57,196 nucleotides of DNA from Clostridiales bacterium (GTDB taxonomy: Bacteria; Bacillota; Clostridia; Oscillospirales; Acutalibacteraceae), in the NCBI GenBank assembly GCA_024693205.1, contig JAILLJ010000080.1, positions 1-57,196 on the forward strand, in the 5' to 3' direction. Shown here in pieces: positions 9,176 through 24,373 of the stretch. Below the pieces are notes generated by a model. The model was given only the letters and a program-made list of their open reading frames with translations, was not told where the DNA came from and ran no database searches. Numbering within the stretch: the first letter of the stretch is position 1; every line of letters starts with the position of its first letter. Position numbers and translations under genes: made by a program.

Positions 9176-9970
9176 ATGACCGAGCTTCAAAAATGCCTTT
9201 TAGACATCCTTCTCGAAGTCGACAGGCTCTGCCGCGAGAACGGTATAAAATATTTCCTTATCGGCGGCACTCTGCTCGGCGCGGTACGCCATAACGGATT
9301 TATCCCCTGGGACGACGACCTCGATATCGCGATGGACCTTGATGATTACCGAAGGTTTTTAAAAATCGCAAGGAAAAAGCTTCCCGATACGCTCTTTTTA
9401 CAATGCACCTATACAGATCTTTGGTATCCCGCGTTTGCGAAGATACGTAAAAACGGGACCGCAATGATCGAAAAGGAGTTTAAGGGCAGGAATTTTCATC
9501 AGGGCGTTTGGATAGACGTCTTTCCGCTCGTTTCCGTGCCTGAGGATGAAAAGAAGGCGGCGTCACTAAATAAAAAGATCCGACTTTCATATATCCTCAC
9601 GCAGGACGCTTTCTGGACAAAGGATGATAAACCTTCTCCGAAGCTTAAGGCGCTGTCACTGATACCTCTTTCGCTGCGTCGTTTCGCTTGTCGTATGATA
9701 AGAAAAAACGCCTTGAAGCCCGCTCAAAAGGGAAAATACTGTACGCATTGCAGTCATTTCAGACTGCGACGGAGATACCTTTCCGAGGACTTCGGCGAAA
9801 CGGTATATATCGGCTTTGAAGGGCATGAGCTTCCTTGCCCGAAGGGTTATGACAGCATTTTGACGGCGGCTTACGGCGACTATATGACGCCCCCGCCTCC
9901 CGATAAAAGGACAGCTGCTCATAATATCGCGACGCTTGACCTTACGAGAAGCTACAAAAATTTCATTTAA
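9176..9970 (+). CDS. LicD-family phosphotransferase (phosphocholine/ribitol-phosphate transferase-like)
   Basis: FLIGGTLLGAVRHNGFIPWDDDLDIAM is the LicD nucleotidyltransferase-fold motif. I place the start at ATG 9176 (MTELQK...), 1 nt after the bcp stop. The ORF-track start at 9149 would overlap bcp. Confidence 0.8.
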   Translation: MTELQKCLLDILLEVDRLCRENGIKYFLIGGTLLGAVRHNGFIPWDDDLDIAMDLDDYRRFLKIARKKLPDTLFLQCTYTDLWYPAFAKIRKNGTAMIEKEFKGRNFHQGVWIDVFPLVSVPEDEKKAASLNKKIRLSYILTQDAFWTKDDKPSPKLKALSLIPLSLRRFACRMIRKNALKPAQKGKYCTHCSHFRLRRRYLSEDFGETVYIGFEGHELPCPKGYDSILTAAYGDYMTPPPPDKRTAAHNIATLDLTRSYKNFI

Positions 9971-9979
9971 AAATTTTTT

Positions 9980-10022
9980 CGGGCGGACAGCATGGATCAT
10001 TCATGTTGTCCGCCCGTTTTTT
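9980..10022 (+). terminator. Rho-independent terminator after licD
   Basis: CGGGCGGACAGCATG / CATGTTGTCCGCCCG stem followed by TTTTTT (10017-10022). Confidence 0.7.
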
Positions 10023-10150
10023 GAGTCAATGGGATCATTTCCTCGAAAAATACGCCTCTTTTTGCAAAACTTAACAGTTATTTTTTTTGAAAGATCTCAA
10101 ATAATATAACTGCAAACGCGATGATATTATTTGCGTGAGGAGTGAAAAGA

Positions 10151-10342
10151 ATGTCAAAGAGCAACAATGTTATTCCCGAAGCAAGAGAGGCACTCGATCG
10201 CTTCAAGATGGAAGCCGCAAACGAGGTAGGCGTCAATCTCAAGGCCGGATATAACGGCAACATCAGCGCCAAGGACGCAGGTTCCGTAGGCGGTCAGATG
10301 GTCAAAAAGATGATCGAAGCTTATGAGCGCGGAATGAAATAA
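10151..10342 (+). CDS. Small acid-soluble spore protein, alpha/beta type
   Basis: MSKSNNVIPEAREALDRFKMEAANEVGV...GGQMVKKMIE matches the two conserved alpha/beta SASP blocks. GAGGAG RBS 8 nt before ATG 10151; the ORF-track GTG at 10142 is less likely. Confidence 0.88.
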   Translation: MSKSNNVIPEAREALDRFKMEAANEVGVNLKAGYNGNISAKDAGSVGGQMVKKMIEAYERGMK

Positions 10343-10344
10343 CT

Positions 10345-10386
10345 CAAAAGCAGCAAAAGCGCCGTTGCCCGAAGGACAGCGGCGCT
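10345..10386. terminator. Hairpin between convergent genes, with a U-run on the minus-strand side
   Basis: AGCGCCGTTGCC / GGACAGCGGCGCT stem. The minus-strand reading is followed by TTTTGCTGCTTTTG. It sits between the SASP stop and the hydrolase stop. Confidence 0.5.
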
Positions 10387-10406
10387 GAATTTACATACTA
10401 TTATGT

Positions 10407-11303
10407 TTATGCATTCATTTCCTTTTCGATGACCTCGCAGGTCCTTTCGCCCTCGTCATAGAGGAAGATATGCCCCGAACCGTCAAAGGTATAGAAGCTG
10501 CAATCCTTCAGTATCTCTTTCATCTGTTCCGACTGATAAAACGGCATCGTCTTATCGCCCGTTCCCCAAATAATACAGACAGGCGTTTTGTTCTCGGCGA
10601 CCTTTTCGTAATTCGGGATACAGTCGTCCCACTTCATGAGAGTATTGCGAAGGGACGACAGCGTTCCGCGAAGGAAGCCCTTGTATTTACTGCTGTCGGC
10701 AAATTTACGCATGTAGTCGTCAGCCTCATCCTTGCTGTAAATAAGCTCGGAGCAGGAGTTCCTGATAAGCACCTTCCCTCCGATCGTTTTGAACATAAGC
10801 TCGCCTACGACAGGAATATTGGCAGCTCTCATATATGCCGGCGGTGAAAACTTCATGCCGGCAGGAGCTAAAAGAAACAGCTTTTTGACTCTTTCGGGAT
10901 CATTTGCGGCGTATGCGGTAACTATCGAACCGCCCATGGATGTACCGAAAAGGTAGAAGCTGCCCTCCGGCAGAAGCGCGTCGGTAAGCTCTTTCAGCTG
11001 GGACGCAAAGAGTTGCGGTGTGTATTTTTTCTTTACTCTTTCGGAATAGCCTCTTCCCAAAAGATCGTAGCGCAGCACCTTATATCCCTTACTGAGAAGG
11101 AAATCAAATATTTTATCGTAGATGTAGTAGGGCGTGGCGAAGCCGTGGACAAGCACGACCGCCTCCCCTTCTCCCTTCAGCTCGTAATGCGTCTCTCCGG
11201 ACGGGAGACTTATAAACGAGCCGGGGATCTTTTTCTTTTCGGACTCTGTCAGCTCGAATTTTTCAAGGCTTTCTGCAAGCGCTTTGAATTCTTCATCCCT
11301 CAC
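10407..11303 (-). CDS. Alpha/beta-fold hydrolase
   Basis: HGF oxyanion-type motif (VVLVHGFATP), nucleophile elbow GTSMGG, late GSGH. The ORF-track TTG at 11318 overlaps the GGAGG RBS, so GTG 11303 (8 nt after GGAGG) is the more likely start. Confidence 0.7.
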   Translation of the reverse strand: MRDEEFKALAESLEKFELTESEKKKIPGSFISLPSGETHYELKGEGEAVVLVHGFATPYYIYDKIFDFLLSKGYKVLRYDLLGRGYSERVKKKYTPQLFASQLKELTDALLPEGSFYLFGTSMGGSIVTAYAANDPERVKKLFLLAPAGMKFSPPAYMRAANIPVVGELMFKTIGGKVLIRNSCSELIYSKDEADDYMRKFADSSKYKGFLRGTLSSLRNTLMKWDDCIPNYEKVAENKTPVCIIWGTGDKTMPFYQSEQMKEILKDCSFYTFDGSGHIFLYDEGERTCEVIEKEMNA

Positions 11304-11326
11304 GGTCTTTACCTCCAATGAAGAAA

Positions 11327-11366
11327 GATAAAAAAGTAAAAGGAGCCTTCCGTAAAGGAAAGCTCC
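11327..11366 (-). terminator. Rho-independent terminator after tuf
   Basis: Minus strand: GGAGCTTTCC-TTTAC-GGAAGGCTCC followed by TTTTACTTTTTTATC. Confidence 0.7.
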
Positions 11367-11380
11367 CTGAATAAATTCAA

Positions 11381-12583
11381 TTACTCGTCGATCTCTGTAA
11401 CAACGCCTGAACCGACCGTTCTGCCGCCTTCACGGATAGCGAAACGAAGTCCCTGCTCGATAGCGATAGGAGTAATAAGCTCAACGCTCATAACAACGTT
11501 ATCGCCGGGCATGCACATCTCGACGCCGTCGGGAAGCATGATGATGCCGGTAACGTCTGTCGTTCTGAAATAGAACTGAGGACGATAGTTGTTGAAGAAC
11601 GGTGTATGACGGCCGCCTTCGTCCTTAGTAAGGACGTAAACCTGACCCTTGAACTTTGTGTGAGGATGGATCGAGCCGGGCTTGGAGAGAACCTGTCCAC
11701 GTTCGATCTCTGTTCTCTGGATACCACGAAGGAGAGCGCCGACGTTGTCGCCTGTCTCTGCGTAATCGAGAACTTTTCTGAACATTTCAAGTCCTGTGCA
11801 GACTGTCTTTTTCTTTTCGTCCTGAAGACCGACGATCTCAACTTCTTCGCCGACCTTAAGGCGTCCACGCTCAACTCTACCTGTAGCAACTGTTCCACGG
11901 CCTGTGATCGTGAAGACGTCTTCAACAGGCATAAGGAACGGAAGGTCTGACTGACGGTCGGGAGTCGGGATATAGCTGTCAACAGCATCCATGAGTTCCC
12001 AGATGCAAGCGATCTCGGGAGCGTTTACGTCGCCGCCGTTATACTCGAGAGCCTTAAGAGCGGAACCCTTGATGATGGGCGTATCTGCTCCGGGGAAGCC
12101 GTACTCGTCAAGAGTATCACGGACTTCTTCTTCAACGAGCTCGATGAGTTCGGGATCGTCGACTTGGTCAGTCTTGTTAAGGAAAACGATGATATAGGGA
12201 ACGCCGACCTGACGGGCAAGGAGAAGGTGCTCTTTTGTCTGAGCCATCGGGCCGTCTGTCGCAGCGATAACAAGGATCGCGCCGTCCATCTGAGCAGCGC
12301 CGGTGATCATGTTCTTGATATAGTCGGCGTGGCCGGGGCAGTCAACGTGAGCATAGTGACGGTGCTCCGTCTCATACTCAACATGCGCAGTATTGATCGT
12401 GATACCACGTGCTCTCTCTTCGGGAGCCTTATCAATGTTTGCATAGTCAACGAAATCCGCTTCGCCCTTCATAGCAAGGGTTTTTGTTATTGCCGCTGTA
12501 AGAGTTGTTTTACCGTGGTCAACGTGACCGATCGTGCCGATATTTACGTGCGGTTTTGTTCTTTCGAAATGTTGTTTTGCCAT
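11381..12583 (-). CDS. tuf: Elongation factor Tu
   Basis: [17 protein letters not shown] and NKTD GTPase motifs; 400 aa with near-universal EF-Tu sequence throughout. Confidence 0.98.
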   Translation of the reverse strand: MAKQHFERTKPHVNIGTIGHVDHGKTTLTAAITKTLAMKGEADFVDYANIDKAPEERARGITINTAHVEYETEHRHYAHVDCPGHADYIKNMITGAAQMDGAILVIAATDGPMAQTKEHLLLARQVGVPYIIVFLNKTDQVDDPELIELVEEEVRDTLDEYGFPGADTPIIKGSALKALEYNGGDVNAPEIACIWELMDAVDSYIPTPDRQSDLPFLMPVEDVFTITGRGTVATGRVERGRLKVGEEVEIVGLQDEKKKTVCTGLEMFRKVLDYAETGDNVGALLRGIQRTEIERGQVLSKPGSIHPHTKFKGQVYVLTKDEGGRHTPFFNNYRPQFYFRTTDVTGIIMLPDGVEMCMPGDNVVMSVELITPIAIEQGLRFAIREGGRTVGSGVVTEIDE

Positions 12584-12637
12584 TAATGTTGTCCTCCTTC
12601 AAGGTAGCATTGTCTTCCATGCATATCGCATGTTGAT

Positions 12638-12666
12638 ATTCTACCAATTTTTTTGCAAAAATGCAA
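12638..12666 (-). promoter_or_regulatory. Putative internal sigma-A promoter for tuf
   Basis: Minus strand: TTGCAT - 17 nt - TAGAAT with TGg just upstream of the -10. It lies 31 nt after the fusA stop. Confidence 0.5.
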
Positions 12667-12696
12667 GTCTTTTTTAAAATAAATTATATAAGAAAA

Positions 12697-14772
12697 TTAT
12701 ATAAGATCCTTATCTCTTACGATCGATTCCGCTATTGACCTCGGAACCTCGGTATAATGACTCGGTTCCATGGAATACTGGCCTCTTCCCTGCGTCTTTG
12801 AACGCAGCGATGTGGCGTATCCGAACATGTTGGAAAGCGGAACGTTCGCGCTGATCTGTACGGCTCCGGAACGCATTTCCGTTCCCGTAATGGAGCCTCT
12901 CCTGGAATTGATGTCGCCTATGACGTCGCCCATGTATGATTCAGGCACGATGATCGTGACCTTCATGATCGGCTCCATCAGAACAGGCGCGGCCTTTCTC
13001 ATGGCCTCCTTGAATGCCATTGAGCCTGCGAGCTTGAACGCAAGCTCGGAGGAGTCTACCTCATGGTACGATCCGTCATAGAGCGTTACCTTGACGTCGA
13101 CGACGTTAAAGCCCGCGAGCACTCCGGAAAGCATCGCTCCCTTGATACCCGCTTCGGCAGGGCCTATAAACTCCTTGGGGATGACTCCGCCAACGATGGA
13201 GTTTACGAATTCATAGCCCTTGCCGGGGTTCGGCTCGATACGAATCTTAACATGACCGTACTGGCCGTGACCGCCCGTCTGACGCGCGTATTTTGTATCG
13301 CTTTCGGCGACTTTGGTGATCGTTTCTCTGTAGGCGACCTGAGGCTTACCTACATTTGCTTCGACCTTGAATTCACGAAGCATTCTGTCAACGATTATTT
13401 CAAGGTGAAGCTCGCCCATACCCGCTATTATAGTCTGTCCCGTTTCTTCATCGGTATAGCACTTGAACGTCGGGTCCTCCTCGGCAAGCTTTTGAAGGGC
13501 TATGCCCATCTTTTCCTGTCCTGCCTTGGTCTTGGGCTCGATAGCCACTCTGATTACGGGCTCCGGGAATTCCATGGACTCAAGGATTATCGGATGCTTC
13601 GAGTCGCAGAGCGTGTCGCCCGTGGTCGTATTTTTAAGTCCGACCGCCGCGTCGATATCGCCGGCATAGCTGCATTCGATATCCTGCCTGTGATTTGAGT
13701 GCATCTGAAGCACGCGTCCGAGACGCTCGTTTGAATCCTTTGTGGAATTATAGACCGTACTGCCCGTTATCGCCTTACCGGAATAAACTCTGAAAAACAC
13801 GAGCTTTCCGACATAGGGGTCTGTGGCTACCTTGAACGCAAGGGCGGAGAACGGCTTATCGTCGCTCGCCTCTCTGACTTCTTCCTTACCTGTCTTGGGA
13901 TTTACGCCTTTTATGGCTTCGATATCCGTCGGGCTCGGCATGAAGTCGACGATGGCGTCAAGGAGAAGCTGAACGCCCTTGTTGCGGTATGAGGTGCCGC
14001 ATGTTACCGGCACCATTTTATTGGAGATCGTTGCCTTTCTTATGCATTTTTTGATCTCATCTATCGAAGGCTCCTCGCCCTCAAGATATTTTGAGAGGAT
14101 CTCGTCATCCTGCTCCGCGACATGCTCGATAAGCTCAGAGCGATATTTTTCGGCGAGCGGCAAAAGCTCGTCCGGTATCGGCTCGTCGCGTACGTCAAGG
14201 CCCATATCGTCGTAGTAGACCTCCGCGCGCATCTTCAAAAGGTCGATGATGCCCTTGAAATCCGCTTCGGCTCCTATCGGTATCTGGATAGGAACTGCGT
14301 TGGCGTTAAGACGATCTTTCATCATGGCGATAACATTATAGAAATCGGCGCCCATGATGTCCATTTTGTTGACGTAAACCATGCGCGGTACAAGATATTT
14401 GTCGGCCTGTCTCCAGACTGTCTCGGACTGCGGCTCGACTCCGCCCTTGGCGCAAAGCACCGTTACGGCGCCGTCAAGTACGCGAAGCGAACGCTCGACC
14501 TCGACCGTAAAGTCGACGTGGCCGGGAGTGTCGATGATGTTGATACGATGTTTCTTCCAGAAGCAGGTCGTAGCGGCAGAGGTTATCGTGATACCTCTTT
14601 CCTGCTCCTGCTCCATCCAGTCCATCGTGGCGGCACCGTCATGCACCTCGCCCAACTTATGAGTCTTTCCGGTATAGAAGAGTATACGCTCGGTAGTAGT
14701 CGTCTTACCGGCGTCGATGTGAGCCATTATTCCTATATTTCTTGTAAGCTCTAACGGTACCTGCCTCGGCAT
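12697..14772 (-). CDS. fusA: Elongation factor G
   Basis: [17 protein letters not shown] and NKMD motifs; full-length EF-G. Start placed at ATG 14772 (MPRQVPLE), because the upstream ATG at 14784 overlaps the GGAGGT RBS. Confidence 0.97.
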   Translation of the reverse strand: MPRQVPLELTRNIGIMAHIDAGKTTTTERILFYTGKTHKLGEVHDGAATMDWMEQEQERGITITSAATTCFWKKHRINIIDTPGHVDFTVEVERSLRVLDGAVTVLCAKGGVEPQSETVWRQADKYLVPRMVYVNKMDIMGADFYNVIAMMKDRLNANAVPIQIPIGAEADFKGIIDLLKMRAEVYYDDMGLDVRDEPIPDELLPLAEKYRSELIEHVAEQDDEILSKYLEGEEPSIDEIKKCIRKATISNKMVPVTCGTSYRNKGVQLLLDAIVDFMPSPTDIEAIKGVNPKTGKEEVREASDDKPFSALAFKVATDPYVGKLVFFRVYSGKAITGSTVYNSTKDSNERLGRVLQMHSNHRQDIECSYAGDIDAAVGLKNTTTGDTLCDSKHPIILESMEFPEPVIRVAIEPKTKAGQEKMGIALQKLAEEDPTFKCYTDEETGQTIIAGMGELHLEIIVDRMLREFKVEANVGKPQVAYRETITKVAESDTKYARQTGGHGQYGHVKIRIEPNPGKGYEFVNSIVGGVIPKEFIGPAEAGIKGAMLSGVLAGFNVVDVKVTLYDGSYHEVDSSELAFKLAGSMAFKEAMRKAAPVLMEPIMKVTIIVPESYMGDVIGDINSRRGSITGTEMRSGAVQISANVPLSNMFGYATSLRSKTQGRGQYSMEPSHYTEVPRSIAESIVRDKDLI

Positions 14773-14834
14773 ATTAACCTCCATGCGCCGTATTCTTTAC
14801 GGCTGACAAAAATAAGATAAAAAACGGTAAGAAA

Positions 14835-15389
<555 letters not shown>

Positions 15390-15464
15390 TTATATAACCA
15401 CTCTCACATCGGTTGCGGAAAATCCGCGGCCTGCAAGAAGATTCTGTCTTTAAATCCGAAAGGA

Positions 15465-15887
15465 TCATTTCTTGGCGGCTTTGGGCCTCTTCGCTCCGTA
15501 TTTGGAACGGGCCTGCATCCTGCCGTTGACGCCCTGCGTATCGAGCGTACCGCGGATAATGTGGTAACGCACGCCGGGAAGGTCTTTAACACGTCCGCCG
15601 CGGATAAGAACAACAGAGTGCTCCTGAAGATTGTGTCCGACGCCGGGGATATAGGACGAAACCTCGATCCCGTTTGTAAGACGGACTCTCGCTATCTTTC
15701 TGAGCGCAGAGTTGGGCTTTTTGGGCGTAGCTGTTTTGACCGCCGTGCAAACGCCGCGCTTTTGGGGTGAATTGGCGTCAGTCATGATGTTCTTTTTGGA
15801 GTTAAGTCCTTTAAGAAGGGCGGGAGCCTTCGCCTTTTTTTCGTGTGTTTCTCTTCCGCTTCTGACAAGCTGATTAAAGGTAGGCAA
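15465..15887 (-). CDS. rpsL: 30S ribosomal protein S12
   Basis: (M)PTFNQLVR...[10 protein letters not shown]...[16 protein letters not shown] is canonical S12. TTG 15887 lies 9 nt after AAAGGAG. Confidence 0.93.
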   Translation of the reverse strand: MPTFNQLVRSGRETHEKKAKAPALLKGLNSKKNIMTDANSPQKRGVCTAVKTATPKKPNSALRKIARVRLTNGIEVSSYIPGVGHNLQEHSVVLIRGGRVKDLPGVRYHIIRGTLDTQGVNGRMQARSKYGAKRPKAAKK

Positions 15888-15972
15888 GCAATACATCTCC
15901 TTTCTCAAAAATTTATCTATATCATCCCGCGGCTTAAGGAAACCGCGGGAGACATATCAAACAACGGGAAAT

Positions 15973-16002
15973 ATTTTACCACTTTTTGCGGTCGTTTGTC
16001 AA
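15973..16002 (-). promoter_or_regulatory. Sigma-A promoter of the rpsL-rpsG-fusA(-tuf) operon
   Basis: Minus strand: TTGACA - 18 nt - TAAAAT with TGg (extended -10). It is followed by a leader hairpin TCCCGCGG/CCGCGGGA at 15926-15950. Confidence 0.65.
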
Positions 16003-16034
16003 CACTTTCTACAAATTTAATATGGTTTTTTCGT

Positions 16035-19658
<3,624 letters not shown>

Positions 19659-19768
19659 ATTAACGGATCTCATATCCCGTTAAAGCGGGATATTTTGTCC
19701 CTGTCCACCTTTCAAAAAGATTTGCGGCGGCAAATAGGCCGTCATGTTCACAAGCTAAGGATCGAAGA

Positions 19769-22700
19769 TCACTCGTCGCTGTCGGCTGTATACTCGTCGT
19801 CGAGATACTCATCCGACTCATCCTCGACATAACCGTCGTTATAATCGTCGAGATATTCTTCGTCGTCGTCATCCTCGTCGGATTCTATCGGATTGCCTTC
19901 CTCATCCTCGAGAATGTAGCCCTCGGCGCCCTCGGCGTCGTTGACGTGTGAGAACATCTTTTCTTCCGCCTGACGGAATCCGTAATCGTCGTCGAAGTTT
20001 TGCTTCAGGTCGATCTCGTTGCCGTCGGAGTCAAGCACCTTGACGTCGAGAGCGAGCGATTGAAGCTCTTTTATAAGGACCTTGAAAGATTCGGGGATAC
20101 CGGGCTTCGGAACATTCTTGCCCTTTACGATCGCTTCGTATGTCTTTACGCGGCCGACAACGTCGTCGGACTTGACCGTAAGGATCTCCTGAAGCGTATA
20201 TGCGGCGCCGTAAGCTTCGAGTGCCCAAACTTCCATTTCGCCGAAACGCTGTCCGCCGAACTGGGCTTTACCGCCGAGGGGCTGCTGCGTTACGAGCGAA
20301 TACGGACCTGTGGAACGCGCGTGGATCTTATCGTCGACAAGATGGAGGAGCTTTAAGAAGTACATTACGCCGACGGTTATCGGAGCGTCGAACTTACGTC
20401 CCGTACGTCCGTCGATAAGTGTCGATTTACCGTCCTCGCTGACTCCTGCCTCGCGGAGCGCTTCCTTGATATCGTCCTCATGAGCGCCGTCGAAAACGGG
20501 CGTCATGACTTTTATTCCGAGATGTCTCGCGGCAAATCCGAGATTTACCTCGAGCACCTGACCTATATTCATACGTGAGGGAACGCCGAGGGGATTAAGA
20601 ACTATATCGAGCGGAGTACCGTCCGGAAGGAACGGCATATCCTCGATGGGAAGTATGCGTGAAACAACGCCCTTGTTTCCGTGACGGCCGGACATCTTGT
20701 CGCCGACGGAAAGCTTACGCTTCTGGGCAATATAGCAGCGGACGGTCTTGTTTACGCCCGGAGACAGCTCGTCGCTGTTCTCTCTCGTAAACACCTCGAC
20801 GTTGACTACTATGCCGTATTCGCCGTGGGGCACTCTGAGCGAGGTATCTCTGACTTCCTTGGCCTTTTCGCCGAATATCGCGCGGAGAAGTCTTTCCTCC
20901 GCCGTCAGCTCCGTTTCGCCCTTGGGCGTTACCTTGCCGACAAGGATATCGCCGGAATGTACCTCTGCGCCTATGCGGATTATTCCTCTTTCGTCGAGAT
21001 CGCTCAGCGCGTCTTCACCGACGTTGGGGATATCGCGCGTTATCTCCTCGGGGCCGAGCTTGGTGTCTCTCGCCTCGGTCTCATATTCTTCGATGTGGAT
21101 CGACGTATAGACGTCGTCGCGGACTATCTTTTCGTTGACAAGGACAGCGTCCTCGTAGTTATAGCCTTCCCATGTCATAAATCCGATAAGAGCGTTCTTG
21201 CCGAGGCTTATCTCGCCCTTGTCCGTCGCGGGACCGTCGGCTATGACCTGACCTTTTTCGACTCTCTGACCGATATTTACGACCGGTCTTTGGTTTATAC
21301 ATGTTCCCTGGTTGGAGCCGAGGAACTTTATCATTTCGTATTCGTCCGTATTGCCGCCGTCGGTCACGACCTGGATGTGGTCGGCGCTGACGTGCGTTAC
21401 GACTCCGGACTCTCTCGCGAGAACCGCGACGCCGGAATCGACAGCCGCCTTGTATTCCATACCCGTTCCGACTATCGGAGAGCACGGTTTAAGAAGCGGA
21501 ACAGCCTGTCTCTGCATGTTTGAGCCCATGAGCGCTCTGTTCGCGTCGTCGTTCTCAAGGAACGGTATCATCGCCGTAGCGACTGAAACGACCATCTTGG
21601 GCGAAACGTCCATGTAATCGACTCTTGACCTGTCGACCTCAAGGAACTCGTCGCGGTGACGGGCGTGCACCATTTCACGCATGAAATGTCCTTCTTCGTC
21701 GAGCGGCTCGTTCGCCTGGGCGACGATGTAATTATCCTCGACGTCGGCTGTCATGTATTCGACCTCGTCCAGAACGCGGCCGGTCTCCTTGTCGACCTTG
21801 CGGAACGGCGCCTCGATGAAGCCGTATTCATTTATCTTTGCGAATGTTGCGAGATAAGAGATAAGTCCGATGTTGGGGCCTTCGGGCGTCTCTATGGGGC
21901 ACATGCGTCCGTAGTGGCTGTAGTGAACGTCACGGACCTCGAATCCCGCGCGGTCTCTCGAAAGTCCGCCGGGGCCCAACGCCGAAAGACGGCGCTTATG
22001 GGTGAGCTCTGCGAGCGGGTTAGTCTGATCCATGAACTGGGACAGCGGGGAGGAACCGAAGAATTCCTTTATCGCCATCTGGACGGGACGGATGTTGATA
22101 AGCGTCTGAGGAGTGATCTTATCGGCGTCCTCCTGCGCCTGTAACGTCATCCTCTCGCGGATGACTCTTTCCATCCTTGAAATACCGATCCTGAACTGAT
22201 TTTGGAGCAATTCTCCGACAGAGCGGATCCTTCTGTTGCCTAAATGGTCTATATCGTCAAGATTTCCGATGCCGTTGGCAACGTCGTTTACGTAGTTTAT
22301 CGAAGCTAAGATGTCGTCCTTGATTATGTGTTTCGGGATAAGGTCGTCGCAACGCTCAAGGAGGATCTCAAGAAGCTCCTCGTTCGTTCCCTCGAAGTTG
22401 TCGATTATCTCGTGGAGCACGCTTGCGCGTACCTTTTCGTTGATGGCGTTGTCGATAAGATCCTGTCTCGTAATGCCGTCGGGCATAAACGGAAGGGGAT
22501 CGATCATGCCGCTGGAGATTATCTTGATGTTTCTTCCGTCGGCGTCGACGGTGACGGACATGACGCCTGCCTGCTCTATTGCGTAAGCCTTTTCCTTCGA
22601 GATGATCTCTCCCTCTTCGGCGAGGATCTCTCCCGTGTATTTATCGACCACCGGCTCGGTGACTTTTTTGCCGGCAAGTCTCGCGGAAATGGCAAGCTTT

Positions 22701-23557
22701 TTATTGTATTTATAGCGGCCTACTCTCGAAATGTTGTAGCGATAGGGATCAAAGAAAAGATTGTCGATATGCTGCTGCGCCGTTTCAAGCGTCACAGGCT
22801 CGCCGGGACGGAGCTTTTTAAATACCTCCATGAGAGCTTCTTCGTTGTTCTTTGTTTCGTCTCTCTCGATGGTGGCGTTGATCCTGTCGTCGTCGCCGAA
22901 AAATTCTCTTATTTCAGCGTCAGTACCGACTAAGATGTCGCCGTCGGTCGTTGAGCCGAGCGCTCTGATAAAGGTCGTGATATAGATCTTGCGGTTTTTA
23001 TCGATCCTGACATAATAGAGGTCGTTGGCGTCTGTCTCGTATTCGAGCCATGCGCCGCGGTTGGGGTTGATGGTACTGCTGTAAAGCGGGATACCCGTTT
23101 TATCGTGCGTCATATCGAAATAGACGCCCGGCGAACGGACGAGCTGAGATACGATAACACGCTCCGCTCCGTTGATAACAAACGTACCGCTGTCGGTCAT
23201 AATGGGGAAATCGCCCATATAGACCTCGCTCTCTTTGATAGCGCCCGTTTCTTTATTTAAAAGACGGGCGGTCACACGCATCGGCGCGGAATATGTCGCG
23301 TCGCGCTCCTTACACTCGCGGACGGAATATTTGGGCTTATCGTCCATACGGTATCCGACAAAGGAGAGCACCCAGTTGCCCGTGTAATCCTTGATATCCG
23401 CGATATCACGGAAAACCTCTTTTAATCCCCTGTCAAGAAACCAGTTGTATGAGTCCTTCTGGATCTCGATGAGGTTGGGCATTTCCATGACCTCGTTGAT
23501 CTTTCCGAAGCTCATACGCTTCACATCTCCGCGAACCACCGGCTTAACATTCAGCAT
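19769..23557 (-). CDS. rpoB: DNA-directed RNA polymerase subunit beta, with an acidic C-terminal extension
   Basis: Conserved blocks throughout ([42 protein letters not shown]). The last roughly 45 aa are D/E/Y-rich. Confidence 0.98.
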   Translation of the reverse strand: MLNVKPVVRGDVKRMSFGKINEVMEMPNLIEIQKDSYNWFLDRGLKEVFRDIADIKDYTGNWVLSFVGYRMDDKPKYSVRECKERDATYSAPMRVTARLLNKETGAIKESEVYMGDFPIMTDSGTFVINGAERVIVSQLVRSPGVYFDMTHDKTGIPLYSSTINPNRGAWLEYETDANDLYYVRIDKNRKIYITTFIRALGSTTDGDILVGTDAEIREFFGDDDRINATIERDETKNNEEALMEVFKKLRPGEPVTLETAQQHIDNLFFDPYRYNISRVGRYKYNKKLAISARLAGKKVTEPVVDKYTGEILAEEGEIISKEKAYAIEQAGVMSVTVDADGRNIKIISSGMIDPLPFMPDGITRQDLIDNAINEKVRASVLHEIIDNFEGTNEELLEILLERCDDLIPKHIIKDDILASINYVNDVANGIGNLDDIDHLGNRRIRSVGELLQNQFRIGISRMERVIRERMTLQAQEDADKITPQTLINIRPVQMAIKEFFGSSPLSQFMDQTNPLAELTHKRRLSALGPGGLSRDRAGFEVRDVHYSHYGRMCPIETPEGPNIGLISYLATFAKINEYGFIEAPFRKVDKETGRVLDEVEYMTADVEDNYIVAQANEPLDEEGHFMREMVHARHRDEFLEVDRSRVDYMDVSPKMVVSVATAMIPFLENDDANRALMGSNMQRQAVPLLKPCSPIVGTGMEYKAAVDSGVAVLARESGVVTHVSADHIQVVTDGGNTDEYEMIKFLGSNQGTCINQRPVVNIGQRVEKGQVIADGPATDKGEISLGKNALIGFMTWEGYNYEDAVLVNEKIVRDDVYTSIHIEEYETEARDTKLGPEEITRDIPNVGEDALSDLDERGIIRIGAEVHSGDILVGKVTPKGETELTAEERLLRAIFGEKAKEVRDTSLRVPHGEYGIVVNVEVFTRENSDELSPGVNKTVRCYIAQKRKLSVGDKMSGRHGNKGVVSRILPIEDMPFLPDGTPLDIVLNPLGVPSRMNIGQVLEVNLGFAARHLGIKVMTPVFDGAHEDDIKEALREAGVSEDGKSTLIDGRTGRKFDAPITVGVMYFLKLLHLVDDKIHARSTGPYSLVTQQPLGGKAQFGGQRFGEMEVWALEAYGAAYTLQEILTVKSDDVVGRVKTYEAIVKGKNVPKPGIPESFKVLIKELQSLALDVKVLDSDGNEIDLKQNFDDDYGFRQAEEKMFSHVNDAEGAEGYILEDEEGNPIESDEDDDDEEYLDDYNDGYVEDESDEYLDDEYTADSDE

Positions 23558-23719
23558 TCGCCAATCACTCCGTTTCTTTTTTCGTCAGTTTCTGAAAACA
23601 CGCCGAAAACATTTAAAAAAAATGATTTTCGTCCATTTCAAACGGCGTATTGCACACACATTTTTAATGCTTAAAAAACAGTACGCGCATATACGTCCAT
23701 TATAATGAAAGTAAATTCG

Positions 23720-23748
23720 ATTATACGCGTAAAAAAGCGGTATGTCAA
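23720..23748 (-). promoter_or_regulatory. Consensus sigma-A promoter for rpoBC, with an A/T-rich UP-like tract upstream (to about 23820)
   Basis: Minus strand: TTGACA (23748-23743) - 17 nt - TATAAT (23725-20). Positions 23755-23820 are almost pure A/T with phased A and T runs. Confidence 0.7.
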
Positions 23749-24147
23749 GCGTTTTTTTCGCTGTTTTTAAAAAAATTTTTTAATTTTTTATGAAAATTTA
23801 AAAATTTTTTGAAAAATTCGTTGTAACGCCGAAAAAATCCCCGAATACAATGTATTGACGAAAAAAATGCACAAAAGGGCGAAACATTCAACGGCGCCGT
23901 GTGTTTCAATAGGGTTTTCGGGCGTCGGAAAGGCGGTTTTGAGCATGTTTGAGGGTAGTCTATCTTCTGTATTGAAATTAAATCCCGCAGCCTCCGCGCT
24001 TGTTTCGGGAAACAGTCAACATCCGCATCTTAGGGTCAAAGTATGCTTTTATCCGTGGGCGACCGGTACGCTCATAAAGGCTGAAGCGATGAACCTGCCG
24101 GAGAAAGACGGTATATTCGGGATACGCGTCGTCCCTCCTGCTTTCAA

Positions 24148-24203
24148 CAAAAAAAGCGCAAAAAAGATAACCGCAAAAGGTCGGACCTTTTTAGCGGTTA
24201 TCT
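24148..24203 (-). terminator. Rho-independent terminator downstream of the 24374-26479 gene
   Basis: Minus strand: AGATAACCGC...GCGGTTATCT long stem (inner AAAAGG/CCTTTT) followed by TTTTTTGCGCTTTTTTT. Confidence 0.75.
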
Positions 24204-24373
24204 TAATTGTTTCTTTTCATCGAACGGGTATGCGCTGACTGTTTTTTACACCGATAAGTTTACTCCGTCGGACTTAGCGTGCGCCTCGGCCGAAATATCG
24301 GCGATCCCGCGCCGCGGCGAAAAAGTATTCGATCCGAAAAGCGGCAGGCCGATCGGATCGGGCGCCGTTCGTC

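Noticed and set aside
23855-24238. 127-aa plus-strand ORF in the rpoB upstream intergenic region
   Set aside because: It starts at TTG with no Shine-Dalgarno and has a low-complexity, basic composition. It also reads straight through the minus-strand terminator hairpin at 24148-24203. It is most likely a chance open frame.
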